DNA from: an uncultured Pseudomonadales bacterium
Lineage (GTDB): Bacteria > Patescibacteriota > Microgenomatia > UBA1400 > MFAQ01
Assembly (NCBI GenBank): GCA_964439805.1
Contig: CAYTOI010000001.1
Coordinates: 3,573 to 67,572 of the forward strand
Direction: 5' to 3'
Length of the DNA stretch: 64,000 bases
How positions within the stretch are numbered: position 1 is the stretch's first letter; every line of letters begins with the position of its first letter. The notes below the pieces were generated by a model. It searched no databases. It was not told the origin of the DNA and saw only the letters and a list, made by a program, of their open reading frames with translations. A program made the translations under genes and the position numbers. Shown here piece after piece: positions 10,108 through 19,494 of the stretch.

Positions 10108-10462
10108 ACCTCTTTAAGGCCTCTAGCGTAGATTGAGATAGAAATCCCAATACGGCGTTCATCTTATCCATAGAACCTATTGCCAAGGCTAACCACCCGG
10201 ATACTTTTTTTCTTGAGTCCTCCACTATTAGAAAAGCGTTTTTGACGCCAGATATTTCTAGCTGTTCTCCAGTCACCTCATCTTCAACCAAAATAGTCAC
10301 CGGATTACCACTCTTACCCAAATTAAGATCTCCATTAATCATCATTTCTTGAGGCCAAGTTTTGTTTTGGACAAAATCAGTCTGCTCTTCAGCTACACTT
10401 GAAGCTCTTATCACTCGGTCTTGAAGTTTTTTGATTTTCTTCTTCTTAATCATTCTCCTCAT
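10094..10462 (-). CDS. hypothetical protein
   Basis: 122 aa ORF, Lys-rich N-terminus; no recognisable motif; overlaps recombinase 3' end by 14 nt. Confidence 0.3.
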   Translation of the reverse strand: MRRMIKKKKIKKLQDRVIRASSVAEEQTDFVQNKTWPQEMMINGDLNLGKSGNPVTILVEDEVTGEQLEISGVKNAFLIVEDSRKKVSGWLALAIGSMDKMNAVLGFLSQSTLEALKRFTGR

Positions 10463-10475
10463 TTTATCATTGATG

Positions 10476-10549
10476 TGGGCCGACCTGGATTCGAACCAGG
10501 GACATCGAAGGTATAAGCTTCGCGCTCTAACCAGCTGAGCTATCGGCCC
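10476..10549 (-). tRNA. tRNA-Ile with TAT anticodon (decodes AUA)
   Basis: Reverse complement GGGCCGATAGCTCAGCTGGTTAGAGCGCGAAGCTTATACCTTCGATGTCCCTGGTTCGAATCCAGGTCGGCCCA: 7-bp acceptor, canonical D and T arms (GGTTCGAATCC), anticodon loop CTTATAC. Confidence 0.8.
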
Positions 10550-10611
10550 AAAGTAAAGCTATTATATCAAGCACGTAACAGCAAAACCACGTACTAACCA
10601 CTTTGCACCAA

Positions 10612-12933
10612 TCACAGCTTCGACCTTCTCTCTATCTCCTCTTCTACCTCATCAGCATCTCTCCCAAACTTTAATCTAGACAGTTCTTTTACCATCTTAG
10701 CCACTTCTGGACTACCAGCGGCTTTTTCTGCCTTAAGATCTCTACCGACATTCATCGAAAAAGGAGGAACCGGAGTACCATTAATAATTGTTTTAACATA
10801 GATATTTTGAGCTGGAACGTTACCCAGATCAGCTTCGTTAAACACAGGTTCAAAATCCTTAACCAGTATTTGAGCATCTTGAACACCTACTCTGTAGGTC
10901 ATCAAGGTACCGGTATTCCCAAAGATAGCATCTCTTACTTGCTGATCCAGCTGACTCACAAACTGGTTAGCCATAATTAACCCCATGCCATACTTTCTAA
11001 CCTCAGAAAGCATCTGGGCAAAATCTGGGGTGGCAAAGTTTTGAAACTCGTCGATATAAAAGTAAAAAGGTCTTCGTTGTTCCTTTGGAGTATCCTGTCG
11101 AGAAAGTGCCGCCGCCAAAATTTTTGGCACCACTAGGTTACCCAAGAAACTAGAGTCTTCTTCTCCCAACAAACCCTTAGCAAGTTTCAAAAACACAATT
11201 TTCCCAGTATCCATGGCATCTCTAAAATTTAGAGTACTCTTGGCCTGACCAATGATATTACGAATCATTTTGTTTGTAACAAAGCGACCAAACTTAGAAG
11301 AAATATAGTCCAAGGTCTCACTCTTATGAAAATCACTTGTTTGAGCTATCTGATCAGTCCAGTATCGTCGAACTATTGGATCTTTAACCAAAGGAAGAAT
11401 CTCTTGAACGTATTTGGGATCAGTTAAGACTCTGTTTACTTCCACAAAAGTTGCCCCGGGCACACAACCAACGGTAAGCATGGCGTTACGCACAGAATGC
11501 TCAAACCTGGCTCCAACCATACCAGTTCTATTCGGATCAAACAGCTTATACATCAAGTTAATAATTGCCGAAGCCACCTGATACATCTCGTCATAATTCA
11601 AAACTTCCATGATATTAAAGCCTACAGGTCTTTCCTTATCAGATGGATCAAACAGAACAACATCTTCAGCTCTCTCTGGTGGAACTAGTTCTAGTAACTC
11701 TTCAATACCATCACCATGAGGCTCCATAAAACAAAGTCCTCTTCCCGCTCTCATGTCTTGAATAATCATCGACTTCAAAAGTTCAGTTTTACCTGTACCA
11801 GTTCTACCTATGATGTACATGTGCTTCATACGGTCTGTTTCACCCATATAAATGTTTCGCTCTTGACCTCTATATACAGATCTTCCTAACAACATTCCTT
11901 CAGAAGGAAAACCACCAGTTGCAGGGGCGCTCTTCGCCGTCAGCCAATAAATGTGTGGTGTCTCGATAGTTTTGTTAGGCAAATGCCAAACCGCCGCCAA
12001 TTCATCTGTCGACAATACTGAGTTGTTTCCCCACATGTTCTGATATCGATAAATAATATCAAGCATGAAGGAGTGCTTAAACTTAATTTTGTTACTACTA
12101 AAACTGTTTTGATTGCTATTAAACTGAGAAAAAACTCCTTTAACGTTGCTTAAATTCGCCTTGGCTGTTTCTCCATTCGGAGAAATACTAACAAGTCTTA
12201 TACTGGTCAAAAAACCCTGCTTACCACACTTATTTGTAATTGCTTCCAGTTCCTGGGGATTCATCTTAAACTTGGCTTTTTCAGGATCAGATTCGTCTTT
12301 CTTCAATTTGGAGACATAGCCCAGTCCAGACTTGGACCACTCACTTTCAGCCGGAGAAATCACTATTTGTACAATCATCGCTTCGTCATCGCTAAACTTT
12401 GCAAGAGAAGAAGTAAGTGAAGATAAAAAGTCTACCGGCATTTCCTTAAACGATTTAAGTGGCTTAAAACTCTCATTTTTTAGCACCAATTCAGCAAACT
12501 CAACTTTTGTGTCTTTATAAAAGACATTGTATTCATCCACCTTCAAAACTTGAGAGCCGGGATAAGTTCCAACAACCATTTTTTCAATCAGCTCTACATT
12601 GTTTTTATGACAAGAAATATAAAACCTAATATCCTCCTTTTTACCTACAATTTCCAAAGACAAGTGTTGTTGTGCTGCAAACTTCTGCCAAAAACCACCT
12701 TTTTTAAGGGAATACAAAGAACTAAACATTTGTTCCACCGCCTCTACTTTTATCTCATTATCTTTTGGCACGGCTATCTCCAAAAGTACAAAATTCATAC
12801 TAACCTCTTCCCTATTTCTAAACCGAAGCCAAATCACAAAAATCATCCAACAAAAAACAATCAAGGCTGTGATTATTAAGATTCCAAAACCCAAAACTGC
12901 CAAATAAAGCATCAGGTCTCCAGTATTAATCAT
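10612..12933 (-). CDS. type IV secretion/conjugation-type P-loop ATPase (VirD4/TraG coupling-protein-like or VirB4-like)
   Basis: 773 aa; two N-terminal TM helices; Walker A IIGRTGTGKTELL; Walker B-like FYIDEFQNF; RKYGMGLIMANQFVSQLD motif typical of FtsK/HerA-superfamily T4SS ATPases. Confidence 0.55.
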   Translation of the reverse strand: MINTGDLMLYLAVLGFGILIITALIVFCWMIFVIWLRFRNREEVSMNFVLLEIAVPKDNEIKVEAVEQMFSSLYSLKKGGFWQKFAAQQHLSLEIVGKKEDIRFYISCHKNNVELIEKMVVGTYPGSQVLKVDEYNVFYKDTKVEFAELVLKNESFKPLKSFKEMPVDFLSSLTSSLAKFSDDEAMIVQIVISPAESEWSKSGLGYVSKLKKDESDPEKAKFKMNPQELEAITNKCGKQGFLTSIRLVSISPNGETAKANLSNVKGVFSQFNSNQNSFSSNKIKFKHSFMLDIIYRYQNMWGNNSVLSTDELAAVWHLPNKTIETPHIYWLTAKSAPATGGFPSEGMLLGRSVYRGQERNIYMGETDRMKHMYIIGRTGTGKTELLKSMIIQDMRAGRGLCFMEPHGDGIEELLELVPPERAEDVVLFDPSDKERPVGFNIMEVLNYDEMYQVASAIINLMYKLFDPNRTGMVGARFEHSVRNAMLTVGCVPGATFVEVNRVLTDPKYVQEILPLVKDPIVRRYWTDQIAQTSDFHKSETLDYISSKFGRFVTNKMIRNIIGQAKSTLNFRDAMDTGKIVFLKLAKGLLGEEDSSFLGNLVVPKILAAALSRQDTPKEQRRPFYFYIDEFQNFATPDFAQMLSEVRKYGMGLIMANQFVSQLDQQVRDAIFGNTGTLMTYRVGVQDAQILVKDFEPVFNEADLGNVPAQNIYVKTIINGTPVPPFSMNVGRDLKAEKAAGSPEVAKMVKELSRLKFGRDADEVEEEIERRSKL

Positions 12934-13309
12934 AGGTACTATCTTTAGAACTACTATAAAAAACTCTTCCTGGGTATTTTTTTATCATCATTACACACCA
13001 CTCAGAAAGCCAACGTATACCTTCTACAACATTGCCTTTAAAGCCAGAAACAATATCTTTTTCAGTAAGTGGAAGAACAATCTTTTTTATATTGGGGTCA
13101 ACCGGTGGACTACTTAAGGGCTTATTAGTCAAAGTGAGATCTGAAACACCTGCTCCTGGCTGGCTACCCTGATTATCTTTGAGTGAGGTTTCCGTACTTC
13201 TTTCTACCTTCTCTATATAGTTCTCCACCTCCTTAACTGCAATAGATTCAGGAGTATCAATCGGGCGCTGTAGTTCTTTACCCATTGGAGGCATACTTAA
13301 ATATACCAA
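12926..13309 (-). CDS. hypothetical protein, translationally coupled to downstream T4SS-type ATPase
   Basis: 127 aa ORF overlapping ATPase start by 8 nt; no recognisable motif. Confidence 0.35.
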   Translation of the reverse strand: MVYLSMPPMGKELQRPIDTPESIAVKEVENYIEKVERSTETSLKDNQGSQPGAGVSDLTLTNKPLSSPPVDPNIKKIVLPLTEKDIVSGFKGNVVEGIRWLSEWCVMMIKKYPGRVFYSSSKDSTYD

Positions 13310-13566
13310 TTTTCAATACAAATAACGATACTTACCTAAAAACAGCCAAATATAACAAAAACTATAGTGTTTAGGCACTGTAACATCAGTTAGAGGAAAA
13401 AATCGAACATTAAAACTGGATTAAGGGAGAAACTGATCTATATATCAGCATTTTTTAGCCCAAACAAACACTTATCAATGTCAACAAAAGAGTGATAGTA
13501 AACAAAATTACCTAATTAAATTAAAAACCTTTTTTAATCCGCTGTCAACATCATCCAAAATATAAC

Positions 13567-13616
13567 AAAAGAGATCAAAGACATTCCTATAGTATCATAA
13601 AAAGTCTTTGATCTCT
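13567..13616 (-). terminator. putative intrinsic terminator after nrdJ (12-bp perfect inverted repeat, large loop, T-tract)
   Basis: gagatcaaagac...(22 nt)...gtctttgatctc on plus strand, followed on minus strand by TTTTGTTATATTTT. Confidence 0.4.
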
Positions 13617-13622
13617 AGTGGA

Positions 13623-15920
13623 CTAAACTTTCCCCTCGGAATAGTCTATGTCACAGGCACCTGCCACACATGCCAATTCTTGTGCGGCTTTTGTATAATC
13701 TTCCTCTTCATATCGGTAAAGTTTACTAAAATCTATCGGAGGAAAGGCGTTCGCCAGTTTTTCGTATTCTTCCCTATCAATCTCTTGATAAGGCATCTGA
13801 GCATAAGCAGCATCAAAGGCTGGTAAGAACGCCATGCCACCTATCAGCTCCCTGTTGGTCCACACCCACTTTATCAGGTCAATTACTTCGTCAGGATAGT
13901 AGGTTATTGTTACGCTGGGGTTGTGTTCAGTCCAGTTAACCTTGTTCTGCAGCCAATAATTACACTGGTCTATTGCTGTCATATTTTTTCTAGTTACTGC
14001 CCCTTCAGGAGACTTAACAGGGAAATGAACCACCCAAGTACTAGCTGAATCTGCTGTTTGTCCATTTTCAGGATCCATAGGAACACCTTCATCCTTCAAT
14101 ACTTTGTAAATTGGAGAGTGCGCGCTAACCCTAATATTTCTTACATAATAAGGCGCCCATCTAGCGTGTATTCCAGAAGAACAGTTAAACAGCTGGGAAG
14201 AGTTCCCTGAAGGCTTTACACAAGTTACTGCAGCCGCCTGATTAATTCCCAACTTTTGTGCATATACCCTATTTGTCTCAACCGCCACTTGTCTCAGTCT
14301 ATTTTGAACAGAAGCGTCTTGGGCCACAGCGCTGTCTAATTGTCCATTGATATCTACACCCAGAAGTCTCTCTTCTTCACAGTTTTGTTTCCAAATTGGT
14401 CTAAGACCAGGAAAATTAGTAGCCATCGATTGAATTGTTCCAATTATTGCCGCTACTTCAACTTTGTCTTTTAGGGTTTCATAAGTATCTTCTTTTCGAG
14501 CAATAGCTATAGACAAATTACAAAACTGAAAAGGCCTAAGTATTATTTCTCCACAAGGATTGGTTCCAAACTCCGCCTCTGCTCTTCTTGCTGGCCTCAT
14601 GTTTTTAGCACCCTGTCTATTAAAGATACCAGGCTCACCTCTTCCAGTTTCCACCATTTCCATCATCTGCTTCACAATATCTAGCTGAGTCAAGCCAGAT
14701 GCTGGCCAAACAGCACTATTATTAGCATTCCACCTCTGACTATTTTCTCTTTCAAAGTCTCCAGACTTACACTGCCTCATTTCGTTGTCGTCATAATCAA
14801 ATAAAGAGATCATTGCAGTTCTTCTCATGCCTCCAGAAACCGCCGCGTTACCGACTTCGCACATAATGTCGTGGGCATCTATTGGTCGTAAAAAGCTACC
14901 CTGTCTATTCAACAATCTCTCTTTGACAAACTCCATCATTTTTCTAAATGGTTCTGGTCCTGAAGATCGACCTCCCTTAACTTTTAAAATTGCTCCAGCC
15001 GGTCTCAATCCAGAATAGTCAAACTTTACATCTCCACCATCAAACCAAACTTCCAGACCCTTTCTAAGAGCGTCAGCCCAACCCTCGGTGGTATCTTCTA
15101 CAAAATGGGTAAGTTGCTCACTGCCATTTTGTCTTTTTATTCTAGGTAAATTTTCTACATATTTACTTTCTACCGAAAAACCAACTCCACAACCATTCAT
15201 AGAAATAAGTAGTGCCTCAACAAACGAATCAATACTGTCAACTGGCTGATAGGAACAGTTATAAATTCCAATATTACTTCTTCGCGCTGCTGGACCTGCC
15301 ATGGCCAAAAGTCTCATTGAAGGGGCCGCTTTCATCTCAAGCATCGATTTCTGAATTCGATCATAGTCGCTAGAATCCAAAAGATTATTTGAAATTTCTT
15401 TTAGATAGTCAACAGCTCTTGTTACAGTCTCTTTCCAGGTTTCTCTTCTACCATAATCGTAATTAAATCTAGAGTATTTATCAAAAAATTGAAATTTTTG
15501 AATTTCGTTACCGAAGTACACATCACTTTCGGCAAACGAATTTTGCACTTCAACAGGTACTGGTCTTGCCCCACGAAGCTTAGCGTGTTCTGCTCTATAC
15601 AAAATATAGCTCTTGGCCGCCTCAAACTCACCAGCAGCAAGAAGCACCATCTCCACCGTGTCTTGAACTTGTTCCACGGTAGGCTTTTCATATTTAGTAC
15701 CAATTAAATTGACCACTCTGTTACCAAGCTCTTCAAAACTAACACTGGGATCTTTATCAATATCTCCAAAACAGGCTTCTAGAGCTCTGGTAATTTTATC
15801 TAGCTCAAAAGGAACAAGCCTGCCATCCCTTTTTGTAATTTCAGTAGGTATTCTAACTCCCACCTTTGTCACCACTTCTTTTTGAGATTTTATTTTTTTT
15901 GATTTTTTGATTTTTTTCAT
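13623..15920 (-). CDS. nrdJ: ribonucleotide reductase, class II (adenosylcobalamin-dependent) with N-terminal ATP-cone
   Basis: 765 aa; ATP-cone VRIPTEITKRDGRLVPFELDKITRAL; large RNR catalytic barrel region; adjacent to nrdR. Confidence 0.75.
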   Translation of the reverse strand: MKKIKKSKKIKSQKEVVTKVGVRIPTEITKRDGRLVPFELDKITRALEACFGDIDKDPSVSFEELGNRVVNLIGTKYEKPTVEQVQDTVEMVLLAAGEFEAAKSYILYRAEHAKLRGARPVPVEVQNSFAESDVYFGNEIQKFQFFDKYSRFNYDYGRRETWKETVTRAVDYLKEISNNLLDSSDYDRIQKSMLEMKAAPSMRLLAMAGPAARRSNIGIYNCSYQPVDSIDSFVEALLISMNGCGVGFSVESKYVENLPRIKRQNGSEQLTHFVEDTTEGWADALRKGLEVWFDGGDVKFDYSGLRPAGAILKVKGGRSSGPEPFRKMMEFVKERLLNRQGSFLRPIDAHDIMCEVGNAAVSGGMRRTAMISLFDYDDNEMRQCKSGDFERENSQRWNANNSAVWPASGLTQLDIVKQMMEMVETGRGEPGIFNRQGAKNMRPARRAEAEFGTNPCGEIILRPFQFCNLSIAIARKEDTYETLKDKVEVAAIIGTIQSMATNFPGLRPIWKQNCEEERLLGVDINGQLDSAVAQDASVQNRLRQVAVETNRVYAQKLGINQAAAVTCVKPSGNSSQLFNCSSGIHARWAPYYVRNIRVSAHSPIYKVLKDEGVPMDPENGQTADSASTWVVHFPVKSPEGAVTRKNMTAIDQCNYWLQNKVNWTEHNPSVTITYYPDEVIDLIKWVWTNRELIGGMAFLPAFDAAYAQMPYQEIDREEYEKLANAFPPIDFSKLYRYEEEDYTKAAQELACVAGACDIDYSEGKV

Positions 15921-15928
15921 ATTTTTTA

Positions 15929-16380
15929 TTAATTAATTACTATTTCGTTAACAAATTTTTTAAAGTCAGTTAAGCCAGAAAAGTCCATGTAAACACTAGC
16001 AAACCTCAAATAAGCCAAATTATCAATTTTTTTAAGACTAGCCAGCACCATTTTCCCAATATCACAGGATTTGACTTCAGTAGATTTACTATTTAGGAGC
16101 TTTCCCTCAATTTTGTCCACAACTTCTTCCAACCTCTCAATTCTCACACTTCTCTTATAACAAGCCTTAATCACCCCCTTCATCAACTTTTCCCTATCGT
16201 ACTGCTCAACCTTTCCATTTTTTTTGATGACTTTCAGGTCAATATTTACAATCCTTTCATGGGTAGTAAACCTTTTGTTGCACTTTAAGCATTTTCTTCT
16301 ACGACGAATACCATCACCAGAGCCCAAGACTCTGCTTTCCAGTACCGAAGTTTCTTCTTTGTTGCAATAAGGACAGTTCA
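15929..16380 (-). CDS. nrdR: transcriptional repressor NrdR
   Basis: MNCPYCN...CLKCNKRF zinc ribbon plus ATP-cone; start at internal Met of the 16408 ORF. Confidence 0.8.
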
Positions 16381-16383
16381 TAA

Positions 16384-16405
16384 TTAACACAACATATAGT
16401 GTTAA
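16384..16405. promoter_or_regulatory. putative NrdR box (palindrome) immediately upstream of nrdR start
   Basis: ttaacacaacatatagtgttaa; core ACACAACATATAGTGT matches NrdR-box consensus acaCwAtATaTwGtgt with one mismatch. Confidence 0.4.
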
Positions 16406-16499
16406 CAATCATCATCAAACACCACCAATAGTATTTCAACTATCACAAAATAATACAAAAACAATCATTAAGGCCAATTTCCGCAAAATCTTCCGCAAA

Positions 16500-17075
16500 T
16501 TAAACCAAACTTCCCAAATTCAATACAGTTCTCGCCAGTATCGATCCTGTCACATTTCTAGATTCAAGTCTCACATAAGCATTTATCATCGCTGAAGAAA
16601 ATACAAATATTAACACTACAATTCCTTGCCAAAAGTCCAGTTTGTAACTAAACAGGAGAATTGGGATTCTCACCAAAGCTGTACAAAACCCTAAAATAAC
16701 CAAGGATAATACCCAATCAGTCTTCTTCTTTAACAAATAACCAAGCAAAAAACCCGAGAAAGCCAACTCTTCCACAATGGCAGTTACCGTAGCTATTCCC
16801 AGCAACTCAATATTAATAGAAAGCACACCTTTCCAAAGACGTGTAATCAGAAAATAAAAAATCGCAGCCATAAACCCATAAAAAATTGACTTAGCAAAAC
16901 CCCCTTCAAACAAACTCACTCTACTTTTCAATGAAACATTCCACCAAAACAAAGGAACCAACCAAATTACTGGTTTAATCCACAACTCCTCAATAACAGG
17001 AGGAAGATTAACAAAATACCTAAAACCGCCCCAAACAATAAGCAAGTACAACGTATATATCAACACCTTCTTCAC
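16500..17075 (-). CDS. polytopic membrane protein, CPBP (CAAX protease)-like, possibly degenerate
   Basis: 191 aa, ~6 TM; VEELAFSGF resembles CPBP motif 1 (EExxxR) but His motifs not evident. Confidence 0.35.
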   Translation of the reverse strand: MKKVLIYTLYLLIVWGGFRYFVNLPPVIEELWIKPVIWLVPLFWWNVSLKSRVSLFEGGFAKSIFYGFMAAIFYFLITRLWKGVLSINIELLGIATVTAIVEELAFSGFLLGYLLKKKTDWVLSLVILGFCTALVRIPILLFSYKLDFWQGIVVLIFVFSSAMINAYVRLESRNVTGSILARTVLNLGSLV

Positions 17076-17133
17076 AAACCAATACTATCACAAACAAATA
17101 TCTCAAATCCAAAACATATATAATTAGTCCTAC

Positions 17134-19494
17134 ATGGAATCTTCAAGGAAAAGATTTTTCAAAAATCTAGAAAAATCACTCAAGAAAAAATCTCGTTTTG
17201 GAATAACAAATGCCAAAATTGTCTTAATACTTTTTGGAACTGGTATTCTCGCGTCTCTCTTTGTTTTACTTAAAGATATTCCCAACCCCTCTAAGCTCAT
17301 CAAAACACCTGCCCCTCAAAGCACCAAAATCCTAGATCGCAATGGAGAGTTACTCTACGAGGTCTATTCTGATTACCGACGAACCCCCATATCTTTTCAA
17401 TCAATCCCCCAAGACGTTAAAAATGCCACCATAGCTATAGAAGATAAAAATTTCTACAAACATTTCGGACTGGATACTGTAGCCATTATTAGAGCAGCAT
17501 TTAACACTTTAAGTGGAAAAAGATTAGAAGGCGGATCAACCATTACCCAACAACTAGTCAAAAATTCACTTCTCTCTGACTCCAGAAGAACATTAAGCCG
17601 AAAACTAAAAGAAGCTGTTCTTTCAATCGCCACAGAATTTACCTATACCAAAGATGAAATCTTAGAGCTTTATCTAAACCACGCTCCTTATGGCGGTACA
17701 GTTTACGGTATCGAAACTGCCTCAGAAACTTATTTTGGTAAGCCCGCAAAGGACCTTACACTTCCAGAATCAGCTTTGCTTGCAGGTCTACCTCAATCCC
17801 CCACCAGATATTCTCCCTTTGGCGCAAACCCAGACTTGGCAATTAATAGACAAAGAGAAGTACTAAGAAGAATGTTTGAAGATGGATATATTAATCAAGA
17901 TCAGTATGATCAAGCAAAAAACACCAAGCTAAACTTCATCAAAAAAAATATTTCCATAAACGCTCCTCACTTTTCTTTAATGGTTAGAGATCAACTGGTT
18001 CAAAAGTACGGTGAAGAACTGGTAAACCTTGGAGGGCTAACCGTCACCACTACCCTAGACCTAGCTCTTCAAAATTATTTCCAAGCTTCCCTTTCTGCAG
18101 AACTGAAAAAAATAGCCAAATTAAAAATCAGTAACGGTGCAGCTTTAGTCACCAAACCCAACACAGGTGAAATAATCTCACTTGTCGGATCAAAAGATTA
18201 CTACGACAACGAAATTGACGGACAAGTAAATATTGCAAACGCTCTAAGACAGCCTGGAAGTTCAATTAAACCTTTAAACTACGCAACAGGACTCTTGTTG
18301 GGCTGGCCCACTAGCCTTGTCTACTTAGATGTACCAACTTGTTTCAACGTTGCTGGCCAAAAATCCTATTGCCCAAAAAACTACGACAACACTTTTAGAG
18401 GACCAGTTTCTATGCGACAATCTCTCGCCAACTCTTTAAACATCTCCGCAGTTAAACAACTTGCCCTCAACGGCTCGGAAAGTTTTATTGCCACAGCTTC
18501 AGCCATGGGAATTTCAACCTGGACTGATTCAAGTAAATATGGACTTTCTCTGACCCTAGGCGGAGGAGAAGTTACCATGACTGATTTGGCCAAAGCCTTT
18601 GGTACTTTTGCTAACCAGGGAGTAACAGTCCCTCTGGTTTCTGTCCTAAAAGTAGTTACATATGACGGTAAAGTGCTAGAGGAATATGACGCAGAAAAAA
18701 CTGCAAATTTAGTTTCTGTTCTTCCAGAAGACTGGACAACCTTTTGGGCAAACCAAACAAATCCCAACCCTAACAGACTTCCCTCAGATCCAAAAGCCAC
18801 TCTCCCAAATGAAGTAACCTTTATAATTTCTGACATACTTGCAGACAACGGTGCACGATCTGCAGCCTTTGGACCCAGTAGTTCTTTAGTTGTTCCAGGG
18901 CATACCGTCTCTGTAAAAACAGGAACCACAAACGATCTAAAAGATAACTGGACCATCGGATATACACCAGATTATCTTGCGGTAACATGGGTAGGCAACA
19001 ACGACAACACTTCCATGAGTTATGTCGCCTCTGGAGTTACTGGAGCTTCTCCAATTTGGAACTCAATTATGAGAAAACTTCTAAAAGAGGTCAAAGACAA
19101 GCCACTCTCAAAACCAGACGGAATTACAAATTTTCAAGTATGCAACCTAACTGGATTACTTGCTCAACAGGAAAATCAGTGTGAATCTCACTCCGAGTAT
19201 TTCATCAAAAATGTGCTACCCATGGGACAATCTTCATTCCCAACCAAAAAATCCATCTGGGTTAGTCGTGCCGACAAAACTCCAATATTAGAAAATGACA
19301 CCACTACTATTGATAGAGACTTAGAGGAACATACAGTCATTTCAGATCCTTTTGTCAAGGAGTTTTGCTTGGACTGCAACTATCCAGTAAACGACAAGGG
19401 AAATATTCAATGGCCTCAAACCAATGTCAACATGACTGCCTTTTACGCTACTCCAAAGTCATATTTAAATACAAATGCCTTCCCCACTCCCTAA
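17134..19494 (+). CDS. class A penicillin-binding protein (transglycosylase + transpeptidase), PBP1A-type
   Basis: 786 aa; GT51 motifs EDKNFYKHFG, GGSTITQQLVKN; transpeptidase SSIKP, KTGTTND. Confidence 0.85.
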   Translation: MESSRKRFFKNLEKSLKKKSRFGITNAKIVLILFGTGILASLFVLLKDIPNPSKLIKTPAPQSTKILDRNGELLYEVYSDYRRTPISFQSIPQDVKNATIAIEDKNFYKHFGLDTVAIIRAAFNTLSGKRLEGGSTITQQLVKNSLLSDSRRTLSRKLKEAVLSIATEFTYTKDEILELYLNHAPYGGTVYGIETASETYFGKPAKDLTLPESALLAGLPQSPTRYSPFGANPDLAINRQREVLRRMFEDGYINQDQYDQAKNTKLNFIKKNISINAPHFSLMVRDQLVQKYGEELVNLGGLTVTTTLDLALQNYFQASLSAELKKIAKLKISNGAALVTKPNTGEIISLVGSKDYYDNEIDGQVNIANALRQPGSSIKPLNYATGLLLGWPTSLVYLDVPTCFNVAGQKSYCPKNYDNTFRGPVSMRQSLANSLNISAVKQLALNGSESFIATASAMGISTWTDSSKYGLSLTLGGGEVTMTDLAKAFGTFANQGVTVPLVSVLKVVTYDGKVLEEYDAEKTANLVSVLPEDWTTFWANQTNPNPNRLPSDPKATLPNEVTFIISDILADNGARSAAFGPSSSLVVPGHTVSVKTGTTNDLKDNWTIGYTPDYLAVTWVGNNDNTSMSYVASGVTGASPIWNSIMRKLLKEVKDKPLSKPDGITNFQVCNLTGLLAQQENQCESHSEYFIKNVLPMGQSSFPTKKSIWVSRADKTPILENDTTTIDRDLEEHTVISDPFVKEFCLDCNYPVNDKGNIQWPQTNVNMTAFYATPKSYLNTNAFPTP

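Noticed and set aside
16500-17075. Considered annotating this membrane protein as the sortase for the LPETG protein
   Set aside because: No sortase TLxTC catalytic motif or beta-barrel pattern. The polytopic TM layout and EELxF motif point to a CPBP-like protein instead.
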